In this document: positions 17,654-26,859 of the stretch, piece by piece
Position numbering within the stretch: the first letter of the stretch is position 1
Layout: each line of letters begins with the position of its first letter
Virus record (IMG/VR): IMGVR_UViG_3300031566_000037
Span: 1 to 56,758 of that record
DNA length: 56,758 nucleotides
Reading direction: 5' to 3' (one strand)
DNA from: a virus
Position numbers and translations under genes: made by a program
Notes under the pieces: generated by a model
What the model saw: the letters and a program-made list of their open reading frames with translations, nothing else
Told to the model about the DNA's origin: nothing
The model's database searches: none

Positions 17654-17905
17654 CTATTTCTCGTCAGGGTATCCGCTCAGGAAATCTTCGATATCCTTAA
17701 GCTGCCCATCTACGTGCTCGAGGTCGCCCACGAATCCCCAAAACATCTGGTCATCATCGGTCGGCCCATGCTTTGCTATCAATCTCTGGATCCGAAGAAT
17801 CCGGTCGGTGATCGCGGCGCGCTTCTCTTTACAAGCCGCCTGCGCCTTGGCCAGGTTCTTCGCCCTCTTCTCTTCTCGGCTCGTGTGTTCGGTTCTGGTC
17901 TTCAT
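17654..17905 (-). CDS. hypothetical basic protein (83 aa)
   Basis: RBS AAAGGAGGGACGCAGG. First gene downstream of the predicted promoter. Confidence 0.55.
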   Translation of the reverse strand: MKTRTEHTSREEKRAKNLAKAQAACKEKRAAITDRILRIQRLIAKHGPTDDDQMFWGFVGDLEHVDGQLKDIEDFLSGYPDEK

Positions 17906-17940
17906 CCTGCGTCCCTCCTTTGTCTCAAGTTCTACCCACC

Positions 17941-17969
17941 AGTGTAGCAGGTACCATGCCAGCAGTCAA
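17941..17969 (-). promoter_or_regulatory. sigma70-like promoter
   Basis: Minus strand reads TTGACT, then a 17-nt spacer (gctggcatggtacctgc), then TACACT. It lies about 35 nt upstream of the 17905 start codon. Confidence 0.55.
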
Positions 17970-18180
17970 CACAATTCGACATTTATTTTCCGGCCTAAGT
18001 CTTTGATCTATCGGCACTTCTAACGAGGATCCCCAGCGACCAGATCCCGGGGCAATCCGGGCAGCGCAGATTGCCCGATTCGCCGGCAGATCGCAACCAA
18101 GATAATTCGACGCTTATAAGTCTTTGAAAGCACAAGGGGTTAGGAGTTACAATGTGCATGGGGTGCGGGGTGGTGGCTAA

Positions 18181-18234
18181 ACCCATTGCAAATGGCCAGG
18201 AACGGTGCGAAATTCCTGGCCATTTGCAATGGGT
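18181..18234 (-). terminator. Perfect 22-bp hairpin, putative terminator of the late operon
   Basis: acccattgcaaatggccaggaa, a 10-nt loop, then ttcctggccatttgcaatgggt. Starts 22 nt after the stop at 18256. Followed by only TTTA on the minus strand. Confidence 0.6.
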
Positions 18235-18255
18235 AGTGGGGCACTTACCTTTTGC

Positions 18256-18489
18256 TCAAGGGCGATCAGAGCCTTCCTGGGAATCTTTTCTCTCCCGCAC
18301 GATATCCCGCCCGCCTTCGATGCCGATAAACCCCCACAGGCTGGCTACGGCCACGAGGGCAATGGTAACAGCATCCCGCGCGGGAGTGCCGGTTTGAGTA
18401 AGGTAAACAGTCAGGGCCACCGTAACGCCGGTTGCGATCAGCGCCAGGGTGAATTTCTTCTTGCCAGGCATGAATGTTCTGTCCGACAC
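18256..18489 (-). CDS. small two-helix membrane protein (77 aa)
   Basis: GTG start 7 nt after GGAGG. Two hydrophobic segments. Confidence 0.55.
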   Translation of the reverse strand: MSDRTFMPGKKKFTLALIATGVTVALTVYLTQTGTPARDAVTIALVAVASLWGFIGIEGGRDIVRERKDSQEGSDRP

Positions 18490-18492
18490 GGG

Positions 18493-19329
18493 TTAGCCTC
18501 CTTTCGTGATATCATAATACTTGCAAGTTGCGGGAGCACATCCCTTGAATCCACTGTGTAATTCCCCGTCTTTCGGGCAGCGCCATTTCTCTCCTTCCCA
18601 ACGTAGACCCTTTAGCCATTCGCACCAGAGCGGTAATCCCGGACTCGTCCCCGGGCGAAAAGCATTCCACCATACCTGCCGACCACGCAGCCCGGCCTGC
18701 CAGCGTTCATAGGTTACGGGCACATCGAAATCCACCGTCTCATCGAAAACCACGCGCGTAGTCCCGGCCCTTTGAAACGCCAACCCCGGCGTGATCTTCC
18801 AATCGCCGATATAGGCCAGGCCATACCAAACCCGATAATATCGCCAGAGCTGTCCGCAGTGATGTTCCTCTGCGTCTTGCCGCTTCGCCGCGAGATCCAA
18901 TACGCGCCGGAGCGTCTTCCCGGCCCGGTCGTAATACTGGCGCCGAATGGCCATCCCCCATATCTCGGCTTCGCCGGTATAAAACATCGTCTCGCCCTTC
19001 ACCAGTAGATCCATGCAAAAATCTGAATAGTAGACATCACCTAAGAGGACAATGGTCTGTTCTGTCCCCCACAGATCGCGGGTAGAATATAGGGTTTCGC
19101 ACGTCCAGCGATGCCCGCGTGGCTCAAAAAACCTGGCGCGGATCCCGGCCTCTTCATATACCTCGGGCTGATGGGTAATCAACCAGGTGGGGATCCCGCG
19201 TGCAGCGCATTGATTTAATGTGCGCTGGACGAGCGGCGCGCCGTCGATCTCAAGCAATTGCTTGACAACCCCGCCGAAGCGCGTGGCCTGCCCGGCGCAG
19301 AGGATAACTGCTACAACCGGATCATTCAT
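18493..19329 (-). CDS. sugar-phosphate nucleotidyltransferase-like protein with Cys-rich C-terminus
   Basis: ATG at 19329 (ATGAATGA overlap with the upstream stop). VAVILCAGQATRFGGVVKQLLEIDGAPLV is the GxGtRx(n)K nucleotidyltransferase signature. Confidence 0.7.
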   Translation of the reverse strand: MNDPVVAVILCAGQATRFGGVVKQLLEIDGAPLVQRTLNQCAARGIPTWLITHQPEVYEEAGIRARFFEPRGHRWTCETLYSTRDLWGTEQTIVLLGDVYYSDFCMDLLVKGETMFYTGEAEIWGMAIRRQYYDRAGKTLRRVLDLAAKRQDAEEHHCGQLWRYYRVWYGLAYIGDWKITPGLAFQRAGTTRVVFDETVDFDVPVTYERWQAGLRGRQVWWNAFRPGTSPGLPLWCEWLKGLRWEGEKWRCPKDGELHSGFKGCAPATCKYYDITKGG

Positions 19330-20008
19330 CGGACTCGGCCCCCGTTCGATAATATGCATGTTTCGCCGAAAGGTTCTCGCGGATCCTGTTGCCCATTGCC
19401 AGGTCGACCGCATCAAATGTAACCCCCATCCGCGTGTGAATTTCAATGATCCAATCGAATCTGTCGTCAGTAAGGAGTCCCTTGGCGCCTGCCAATACGT
19501 CCAGCTCGCTGCCCTCCACATCGATTTTCACCAGGCCCGGCTTCCCGACCAAAGGATAATCCGCACGCTGACGTAATATGTCATCGAGGCTAACCGCATC
19601 TAATCCTACCTCGGCATCGTTGGCTTCGACTGGGCTCCATGGGGTTTGGCTGCGCTTTGCCTTCTGCCCTTCGCGACCGGCAAAGCATAGGTGCCGGCAG
19701 ACATTCGGGAGCAGCTGTGTATTCCAGCACAATAACCCGAATCGCAGAGCGTTGGCCTCTAAGGCGACAACCGATCGGCAGTGATGTGCGGCGATCATTG
19801 TGTGGTAACCCCAGCCCGCGCCGACATCAAGGAAAAACCCATATCGTTCTGACTCCAAGATCCCCACGATCGGCGCTTCGTAAGAGAGGTCTTTGAACCA
19901 GGAATTCCGGTTGGTGAAACTTATGTGTAGCGGCGATGGCCCGTGCGACCAAAAGTCGCCATATCTGTTCCGTCCATTCAGCAATTCAATGCGGGGGTTT
20001 ATAACCAT
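19322..20008 (-). CDS. FkbM-family methyltransferase
   Basis: Motifs FLDVGAGWGYHT...VVALEAN and LVKIDVEGSELDVLAGAK. Confidence 0.8.
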   Translation of the reverse strand: MVINPRIELLNGRNRYGDFWSHGPSPLHISFTNRNSWFKDLSYEAPIVGILESERYGFFLDVGAGWGYHTMIAAHHCRSVVALEANALRFGLLCWNTQLLPNVCRHLCFAGREGQKAKRSQTPWSPVEANDAEVGLDAVSLDDILRQRADYPLVGKPGLVKIDVEGSELDVLAGAKGLLTDDRFDWIIEIHTRMGVTFDAVDLAMGNRIRENLSAKHAYYRTGAESDE

Positions 20009-20988
20009 CGGCCCAGCACCTCCTTATATGCATTCATTGTCTGTCGCCCTGCGATTTCCCAGGTATAGTTCTGAAGCATCCGCATCTGGATCTGCGCTGT
20101 ATCCGTCGCAGTCGCCTTCAGACATCCCTGCATACTTTCCGGCGTGAACGGATCGATATAATAGACTGCATTCCCAAAGTACTCGCGGGCAGATCCGCGG
20201 TTAGTCGGCGCGACCGGCACCCCCAGCGCGGCGGCCTCTAACACGGCCAGGCCCGGGGTTTCATAGATGGATGGCTGCGCGACAAGCCTGGCGCCTTTCA
20301 TGTAGTGATAGATCCTCGGGGGCGGGATCCCCATAAAAAACTCTGTCCGCGCACGTCTCTTCTGCGCCATCTCCCAGCAGGCCCAATAATAATCATGTTC
20401 ATAATGACAGTCGCCTACCATCAAAATCGGCACATCGACATCGCGCATGGCACTGAGAAATCGGAATTGATTTTTCCGGCCTTCATTGCGCCCAACGATC
20501 AGGATGTAGTCTCGCATGTCGCAGAGTTCCCAATCCTCGAGTCCATTCCCATTTGTCTGCTCATTAATGTCGGGGGGCACAGCGTTTACCACGACTCGCA
20601 TCTTAGACTTCGGCACCTGGAACTCTCCGGAGATAAGCGCCGCCTCAGCATGGCTATTCGGGAGCAATAGGTCGGCTTCATGGTAAGCCCAATGGAACTG
20701 CCGCAGGTGATGTGCCATTCGCCGCTGCGGGTGATGCATCTCCTTGTAAGTCCAGTAAATCGTGGAGAGCACGATCTTTTTGCCGAGGCTACGAGCCTCG
20801 GCCATCCGCATCGGGGTCTTCCCATACACACCGAAAAAGTGAACTACCTTGGCCTTTGTCCAGTCATAGACAATTTCGACGCCTAACCGCTCAAGCCATT
20901 TGATCGTCTCGGCCTGCTGGGTTTCCATCCCGCCGAAACCGGCAGGTTTCCCGAAGCCAAAGCCCTGCCGGTGGATTGCGACGCGCAT
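19999..20988 (-). CDS. family 1/4 (GT-B fold) glycosyltransferase
   Basis: 329 aa. YETPGLAVLEAAALGVPVAPTNRGSAREYF matches the E-x7-E type motif. Confidence 0.85.
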   Translation of the reverse strand: MRVAIHRQGFGFGKPAGFGGMETQQAETIKWLERLGVEIVYDWTKAKVVHFFGVYGKTPMRMAEARSLGKKIVLSTIYWTYKEMHHPQRRMAHHLRQFHWAYHEADLLLPNSHAEAALISGEFQVPKSKMRVVVNAVPPDINEQTNGNGLEDWELCDMRDYILIVGRNEGRKNQFRFLSAMRDVDVPILMVGDCHYEHDYYWACWEMAQKRRARTEFFMGIPPPRIYHYMKGARLVAQPSIYETPGLAVLEAAALGVPVAPTNRGSAREYFGNAVYYIDPFTPESMQGCLKATATDTAQIQMRMLQNYTWEIAGRQTMNAYKEVLGRWL

Positions 20989-20997
20989 GACTTACCT

Positions 20998-21141
20998 CTA
21001 TTTCTCTATAAGCCTCTTCAGGTGTTCGATCCCGTTCCCATTTTTGCTATCGCGCCTCTCGCGCCAAGACAACACGGCCGCAGCAACGCCCAGGCTCACG
21101 ATAACAATTCCGGCAAGCCCCGCGCAGAAATCAAACCCCAT
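20998..21141 (-). CDS. single-pass membrane peptide (47 aa), lysis-cassette component
   Basis: Below the track cut-off. ATG at 21141 preceded by GGGAGGA. Sequence MGFDFCAGLAGIVIVSLGVAAAVLSWRERRD... Confidence 0.45.
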   Translation of the reverse strand: MGFDFCAGLAGIVIVSLGVAAAVLSWRERRDSKNGNGIEHLKRLIEK

Positions 21142-21142
21142 G

Positions 21143-21307
21143 TCAGTCCTCCCGCCGTTCTAAAATCGTGAGGATTTTGATAACCCCCTCTTTGATGCAA
21201 TCGACTTTCCGGGTGAGAGTATTTAAGAGCCATCGCAATAAGATGAGCGCGACCAGGCCAGCGAATCCGAATCCCATCAACTTCTCAATTTCCAGCCCCT
21301 CTACCAT
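21143..21307 (-). CDS. single-pass membrane protein (54 aa), holin/spanin candidate
   Basis: Transmembrane segment LMGFGFAGLVALILLRWLL. Lies downstream of the endolysin. Confidence 0.5.
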   Translation of the reverse strand: MVEGLEIEKLMGFGFAGLVALILLRWLLNTLTRKVDCIKEGVIKILTILERRED

Positions 21308-21579
21308 GTGATGCCTCGTGTCCCTTCCGGCTCTACAAACCATTCAAAGTTGCCTTCATTGATTTTTGCAAAATTCAGGTCACCATCTGGTTTGACGAAG
21401 AACGAAACGCGCCGCATATCTGCGGTTTTGTTCCGTGGATGCTTTGTCTGTTGCCCGTGGTAGATCACCAGGATCGCCTTGCCCATCCTGGCCGCCAGCG
21501 CACGCGCATGGTTCAACGCGCCTTGATAGCAATTTGTCCCCCCGGGTTGATTGTGCCAAGTGTAGATCTTCTGTGCCAT
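21301..21579 (-). CDS. hypothetical protein (92 aa)
   Basis: TGATG coupling to the endolysin stop. Confidence 0.5.
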   Translation of the reverse strand: MAQKIYTWHNQPGGTNCYQGALNHARALAARMGKAILVIYHGQQTKHPRNKTADMRRVSFFVKPDGDLNFAKINEGNFEWFVEPEGTRGITW

Positions 21580-22070
21580 CAGGTAGCCCCCAAGATTTCG
21601 TTTATCGCATCACCAATCATTGCGATCTTATAGCGTTCTAAAAAATCTGCAATTAGAAAATTCCCATCCTTGGTGACCACATCCCAAATCACCCGATCGG
21701 TGATCCACATATCCGCATGGCAATGCCCGCCCTTAGAACGGCTATACATACAAACGCGGCGGAAGTGCTTCCGCAGAAGCAGCCAGAGGGCGAATGTGTC
21801 CTGGCCCCAGGAGAGATCCACCGCCTCGCCACGGAGATGTGGACTATTTGCAGATCCGCCCTTCCGATCATTCCAGGCGCCGCAGCGGACGCCGGATGTC
21901 GGGAATAAAGGCTGGCCAGCCTCGAGGCGTGCATTTTCGAGTGCATCGATAGCAAGCTCTTGCATGTCGGCTCGTCCACAGGAATCGCGGCAGGACAGCT
22001 CGGAACGTGTGAAATGAGTGATGCGGCCATCGGTTGTAAGGTAATATCCTTGGAAGATTCGCGCGATCAT
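21579..22070 (-). CDS. Peptidase M15-family endolysin
   Basis: ATG at 22070 (ATGA overlap). SGVRCGAWNDRKGGSANSPHLRGEAVDL plus GGHCHAD supply the H-x6-D ... H zinc ligands. Confidence 0.8.
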   Translation of the reverse strand: MIARIFQGYYLTTDGRITHFTRSELSCRDSCGRADMQELAIDALENARLEAGQPLFPTSGVRCGAWNDRKGGSANSPHLRGEAVDLSWGQDTFALWLLLRKHFRRVCMYSRSKGGHCHADMWITDRVIWDVVTKDGNFLIADFLERYKIAMIGDAINEILGAT

Positions 22071-22573
22071 GTCAGGCTCGTTTCCAGCATCGCGTGGCGA
22101 CACTTAACCAGCATGTCGTCACAAGATGTGCCGCCGGTGGGGAACCAGTGCACCTCGATAATGTGATTCCCCGCGGCCCATCCGGTGATGTCATAAGCAT
22201 CGATAACCGCGAACCAGACCCAGCCGGAATAGTCTGCGCAATCGAGTGTCGATGTCCGCATGTTTTCAGCGCCGAGGTGATCAACTGTCAGCTGTAGATT
22301 CCCGGTGCCAATGTGGGGAACGTTGATTTTCTCCATGATTGTCAGGCGATCCCAAGGGCAGGCATCTGTAATGCGTATCGAGTAAAACCAGGATGGGTTA
22401 ACGATACTCGTGTATTCGTAATAGTCATGGAATTGTGCTTCATGTAACCGTTCCATGCCTTTGTAGAGACGCCAATTATTCAGAAACATCGTGTTGCATT
22501 TGATCGCCGAGATCAGCAGCGGTGGCGTGCTTGTCCAGAAATCCGTGGTGTCAGACCAATCGCCTATGGTCAT
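22067..22573 (-). CDS. tail fibre/receptor-binding-like paralog C (168 aa)
   Basis: N-terminus MTIGDWSDTTDFW is shared with the two upstream paralogs. ATGA coupling. Confidence 0.6.
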   Translation of the reverse strand: MTIGDWSDTTDFWTSTPPLLISAIKCNTMFLNNWRLYKGMERLHEAQFHDYYEYTSIVNPSWFYSIRITDACPWDRLTIMEKINVPHIGTGNLQLTVDHLGAENMRTSTLDCADYSGWVWFAVIDAYDITGWAAGNHIIEVHWFPTGGTSCDDMLVKCRHAMLETSLT

Positions 22574-23136
22574 GTTGCCTCTCGCGTCAGAACGCCTACC
22601 ATGCTCCGCAGCCGCGAATGCCTTTGGAGCGGTGCGTTAGACTTTTCCTGCAATTGGAATTCATAGCTGCCAGCAACCCACGCTCCCGATGGCGGGGTGA
22701 GGTCAACCGTGATCATAATCGACTGATATTGATACCCGGGGAAGGGATTACCCAAGAGCCAAATGGGTAATGAGATCGGTTGATAGCCTGTGGCATCCGG
22801 GTAGTATGCGGCGCGTTCGGGGCAGTAAATCCGCATCCAGCAATCCAGCGGCGCCAACAGCGGTGCACCCTCTTCGGTTACGGCCAGATGGAACATGTAG
22901 ACCATCTGATCATAAGGTTCAGTGCCATCTAACGTGACTCCCCACAAAGCACGATTTGTCCACGCGCCTACAGTGAAAAATCCATCGATCTGATCTCGGC
23001 CCCAATTGACAAAGGTTTCCTGCTCGACCAGCGCGTGGGAATTCTGCGTGAGATTGTGTAGCTTGGTGCACGCCGTGAGAAACGGGGTTTTATCAAACCA
23101 ATCTGAAGTCGGATCTGTCCAGCTGCCGATTGCCAT
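22570..23136 (-). CDS. tail fibre/receptor-binding-like paralog B (188 aa)
   Basis: N-terminus MAIGSWTDPTSDWF. Confidence 0.6.
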   Translation of the reverse strand: MAIGSWTDPTSDWFDKTPFLTACTKLHNLTQNSHALVEQETFVNWGRDQIDGFFTVGAWTNRALWGVTLDGTEPYDQMVYMFHLAVTEEGAPLLAPLDCWMRIYCPERAAYYPDATGYQPISLPIWLLGNPFPGYQYQSIMITVDLTPPSGAWVAGSYEFQLQEKSNAPLQRHSRLRSMVGVLTREAT

Positions 23137-23649
23137 TTATGGCTCCAAAGATGAGGTCAGATAGACTTGTAAGTATTTGGCACTAAAGCTTCCGGACGGA
23201 CATCGCCCCAACACTGCGACGCTATAAAGGATCCCATCGGATTCTGCGAGACCTGTGCTATGATGCTTATCAATTTGCACCCACCCGATTCCGCTGACGG
23301 TCGCTCCAGTTGCATTCGGGATTGTCGCAATAGTATTGTCGTTTTCGTCTCGCACCTCGAGGCGGATATAGTTAGTCCCTGAGTTCGCGCTGATATAGAT
23401 CCACGCGCCGAGCCCATCCCATGCTTGCCCGCTGCGGATATAAAGGCCCGTATACCAGGACGCTTCCGTCCATGCGGCGAGGTTGAAACTGATGGTATCT
23501 GAGCCATCTCCGGCGATGGCGGCCGTCATGCGGTCGTACCCGAGAAGCATCCGATTCTGATCCGCAGCGAGCTCGGCGAATTCTTCATGCTCAATAACCT
23601 GTTGGTAATTCGCCACGCTACGATTGTCGTCCCAATCGCCGATAGCCAT
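23137..23649 (-). CDS. tail fibre/receptor-binding-like paralog A (170 aa)
   Basis: N-terminus MAIGDWDDNRSVANY. RBS GGAG 7 nt upstream. Confidence 0.6.
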   Translation of the reverse strand: MAIGDWDDNRSVANYQQVIEHEEFAELAADQNRMLLGYDRMTAAIAGDGSDTISFNLAAWTEASWYTGLYIRSGQAWDGLGAWIYISANSGTNYIRLEVRDENDNTIATIPNATGATVSGIGWVQIDKHHSTGLAESDGILYSVAVLGRCPSGSFSAKYLQVYLTSSLEP

Positions 23650-23651
23650 GC

Positions 23652-26297
23652 TTATACTCCATAAACCCAGCAGTCATCTGTGGTACCGACTCCGCCACAA
23701 AAGCCATAACCGCATCCTGATGCGGGTTCAATTACATCCGAAACATCCATTAATTTCGCCGTGATCGCGCGAGCAGACGGATCCTTCTCGATGTCGACCA
23801 CCAATCCATATCCCTGGCGTACTGGCCGCGCGCTATCAATATACACCACTTCGCCCAAATACATATTTAATTCATCGATCTTTGATTGCAACCTGAAAAC
23901 CTGCCGTGGATTATGGGGCAGCCCCGCACGCGTGAAATAAAACCCCTGCAGCAGCCCCCGGACGGTGCTGTAGTCTGCCGAGACATAACCTCGCAACGTG
24001 AAAGTATAAGGGTATTCCATACGGTATCGCGTCACGCTATCGTTCGCAGCGCCAGGCGCAGGGTACTGTGCCCCACTCGTGGGACTGCCGCCATCGCCAT
24101 AACCGGTCTGCGCACTCAGCACGTTATAGATATCAAGATGTTCAACTTGCAGGTCGACTAAGTTATAGCGCTTTCCGATGCATCGTGTGACCCATTGTGA
24201 AGGATCCGGCTCAAAAGTCATAACCGAAATTTTCGCTTCATGTGTCGGGAACGCGGTTGCGATTCGATGCCGCATGAAAGTACGCAACAGGCGCAGGGGA
24301 TCGACGACATTGTCAGACCAATATGTGATCTTATAGGCAGCGCTTTTGGCTTCAATGTCTGCCCAGGCAGCCAGATCCAACCACGCTTCAGGGATGTCAG
24401 ACAACGTCGTAAGCATGTGGCGAGCGGCGACGATTACGTTCGTGGCGGTATAGCGGATCCCGCTATTAAAGGTCACGGTATCGCCGATGTCCCATGCGCC
24501 ATTCCAGAAGGCGGCGGGGATAGAGATAGATCCAGAAATCGATGTGAATCCGGCGCCGGTGCTGCCACCACCGTCTAGGCCAATCTTCGATCCATCTATT
24601 GTGTAATCGGTTGCTGTGGTGAAAGTAATTGTCCAAGTCTGCTGCCGGCAGTAAGCGGGATCGCACGATGCCTGGTTCTCATTTATCGTGCCCGTATTGG
24701 ATGTTGAAGCCACAAACTTCCCGAGAGAATTCGCCCGCGTTTCGCCGCGCAGTAGCCATATAAAGATATCCTCGAGACGCCAGCGGGTTTTGCCCCCGGG
24801 GAGAGGTTTTGCGTCCGCCAGGAAATACCGCCCGATCTTCAAGACGGAGCCGGTGCCCACGATCCACACGCCGATATCGACATGCTTGCCGAACCAGTTG
24901 TCCTGATAAATATCGCTCGTAGGGATGTGGGGATCAAATCGCCCGGTTGGATCCACGAATTCAATATCCGTATCAGAGCCTCGGTATTCGGCGAATTGAA
25001 CGTCGCGCGCCTGCTTGACTGGCCGCATATTTTGCACAAAAGGTGTTAGCTGTAGATTCCGCCCACCGGGGTCATAACAGACAACGACAACCACTCCCGG
25101 CACGTGCGGCTTTGCCAGCAAGGCTTGCCAATCAGCAGGATAGATGCCGGAGAATGAATTGTAATCGCACGAGACAACATCGCACGGATCACATGGCGGC
25201 GGGGGCACCGGTTTTGTGCAGAGACACGCCTCCTCTTCATAAGGCTTGCAGGCGCCGATACAGAGGTTCTGATCGCTGCCCCAAAGTACGAGCTGATTCT
25301 CCGGCTCATAATTGCTAGGCAGGATCAGTCCATACAACCACTCCCAGGCAGGCCCGCCCGTGAATTCAGGATCGACTGCCCACAGATCGCCAGCGCCCAG
25401 GCCAACGTTATCGCAGGTAGCGCACGTCACGTGGTTGCAGAGCTGGCTCAACCCGAAATAGCAATTATTATGACTGGTGAGCGTGCCGCCCATCATGAGG
25501 CCACAGTAATAGGCATAGGTGCCAGAGTAGAAAATGTTGTTCTTCACCGTGAAAGTCGAGGTGCCACCGAAATTGTTGATCGAGACGCCATACTTGAAAT
25601 TCATGAATGTGCAGTTTTCGATGTCAATTGTCCCGATCGCAGCAGAGGCGAAGTAGAGTGGCGCCTCAGTGTCTCGCATGACGCAGTGCTGTATGCTCGC
25701 GGTTTTGCATTGGTAAAGTTGAATGAATCTTTTGTCCCCCGTTATGAAGCCCTGCGCCTGCCGCGCATAACAGCACCGCACCTCGAGGTCGAGTGTGATA
25801 GCGCCGACGCCGCTAACCCTGATAATATCCTGAGAATAGTTTGGCAGGGATCCGGCATCGATGCATTCGATGCGGATGTGCTTCGCGGTTTCCTGGATCG
25901 CAAATGGGACGGGATTCTGGCCGGAAGCATTACCAATGGTGACACGCAGGTTGCGAATCGACACGTAGTCAGCATTCGCTTGGATCGCAAAGCCATCATT
26001 CCCGGCTGGAATATTGAGCTGCCAGATCGGCCAGGACGTGTTGGGATAGCCTTCAATAATCAGCCCTGGCCGGACATCGTAATCGTCACCCTGGAAGGCG
26101 GTGCCGATTGGGATCCCGTAGTTATTCACGCCGGAATAAGGGGTGCCGGTGTTGACAACCTTGAGAATATGCCCGATGGGATCCGGCAATGCCGCGATGT
26201 TGGAAACGCTGCCTTTCATTGACGCCCAAGGCAACAGTTCAGATCCATCGCCGGTAACATCATCGCCGATCACATTGTTACACCAGAAGGTTGACAT
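23652..26297 (-). CDS. large tail-tip protein with N-terminal right-handed beta-helix domain
   Basis: 881 aa. N-terminal ~330 aa has pectate-lyase-like repeats (IENCTFMNF..., VKNNIFYSG...). Then a Cys/Pro linker CLCTKPVPPPPCDPCDVVSCD. Then a ~480-aa tail-protein-like region. The role is assigned from position after the tape measure. Confidence 0.65.
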   Translation of the reverse strand: MSTFWCNNVIGDDVTGDGSELLPWASMKGSVSNIAALPDPIGHILKVVNTGTPYSGVNNYGIPIGTAFQGDDYDVRPGLIIEGYPNTSWPIWQLNIPAGNDGFAIQANADYVSIRNLRVTIGNASGQNPVPFAIQETAKHIRIECIDAGSLPNYSQDIIRVSGVGAITLDLEVRCCYARQAQGFITGDKRFIQLYQCKTASIQHCVMRDTEAPLYFASAAIGTIDIENCTFMNFKYGVSINNFGGTSTFTVKNNIFYSGTYAYYCGLMMGGTLTSHNNCYFGLSQLCNHVTCATCDNVGLGAGDLWAVDPEFTGGPAWEWLYGLILPSNYEPENQLVLWGSDQNLCIGACKPYEEEACLCTKPVPPPPCDPCDVVSCDYNSFSGIYPADWQALLAKPHVPGVVVVVCYDPGGRNLQLTPFVQNMRPVKQARDVQFAEYRGSDTDIEFVDPTGRFDPHIPTSDIYQDNWFGKHVDIGVWIVGTGSVLKIGRYFLADAKPLPGGKTRWRLEDIFIWLLRGETRANSLGKFVASTSNTGTINENQASCDPAYCRQQTWTITFTTATDYTIDGSKIGLDGGGSTGAGFTSISGSISIPAAFWNGAWDIGDTVTFNSGIRYTATNVIVAARHMLTTLSDIPEAWLDLAAWADIEAKSAAYKITYWSDNVVDPLRLLRTFMRHRIATAFPTHEAKISVMTFEPDPSQWVTRCIGKRYNLVDLQVEHLDIYNVLSAQTGYGDGGSPTSGAQYPAPGAANDSVTRYRMEYPYTFTLRGYVSADYSTVRGLLQGFYFTRAGLPHNPRQVFRLQSKIDELNMYLGEVVYIDSARPVRQGYGLVVDIEKDPSARAITAKLMDVSDVIEPASGCGYGFCGGVGTTDDCWVYGV

Positions 26298-26857
26298 CAG
26301 ATATCTCCGACAGCGAAATCTCCTACCGCCGAGAGGTACCCGAACGGCTGCACCTCATTCGGGCAATACATGGCATGGAATTCAATCTCGCCTGCCGTGG
26401 CGGCATCGATACTCCAGGGTAGTTCGACCGGCTGCGCCACGCTCGCGCGATGCAGCACAACCGTGATCGTGGCGTCATGGCAGGGGAATGTGTGAATCAG
26501 CGTCACCCGATACACCGCTCGCCGTTGCACAATTTGCCAAGCCATCTGATAGCCTCCGGGCACAGGCGTATTCACGGTGTCATAAAAAGTTGCAAGTGTG
26601 CGGGGATTGATCTCATCGACTGAGACGCGGATCACCAGGTGGTTCCGGAAAGCGCAGATATATCGGGTATCTGTGGCAGGCGAGGAATCGTAAGACGAGA
26701 AGTGCTCGCCAGCATCGATAATAGATGCAATCACCACGTTCCCAAGGATGAATTCATCCGGCTCTGCATCGCCCTCCGCCAACAGGCGGCATTCAAAAGT
26801 CCCAAGGGTATAGTCAGCCAGCGCCTCAGTGCATCCCTGACAAAGATCATCTGCCAT
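26297..26857 (-). CDS. minor tail/baseplate protein (186 aa)
   Basis: ATG at 26857 just after the upstream TAA. Assigned from position between the tape measure and the tip protein. Confidence 0.5.
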   Translation of the reverse strand: MADDLCQGCTEALADYTLGTFECRLLAEGDAEPDEFILGNVVIASIIDAGEHFSSYDSSPATDTRYICAFRNHLVIRVSVDEINPRTLATFYDTVNTPVPGGYQMAWQIVQRRAVYRVTLIHTFPCHDATITVVLHRASVAQPVELPWSIDAATAGEIEFHAMYCPNEVQPFGYLSAVGDFAVGDI

Positions 26858-26859
26858 GC

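Noticed and set aside
17424-18023. 199-aa plus-strand ORF (and 17371..17700) spanning the non-coding island
   Set aside because: It has Ser/Arg/Pro/Leu-rich junk composition, crosses the minus-strand gene 17654..17905 antisense, and has no RBS.
25431-26222. 263-aa plus-strand ORF
   Set aside because: It is antisense to the 881-aa tail-tip gene, which has clear beta-helix repeats. It has no RBS or recognisable motif.
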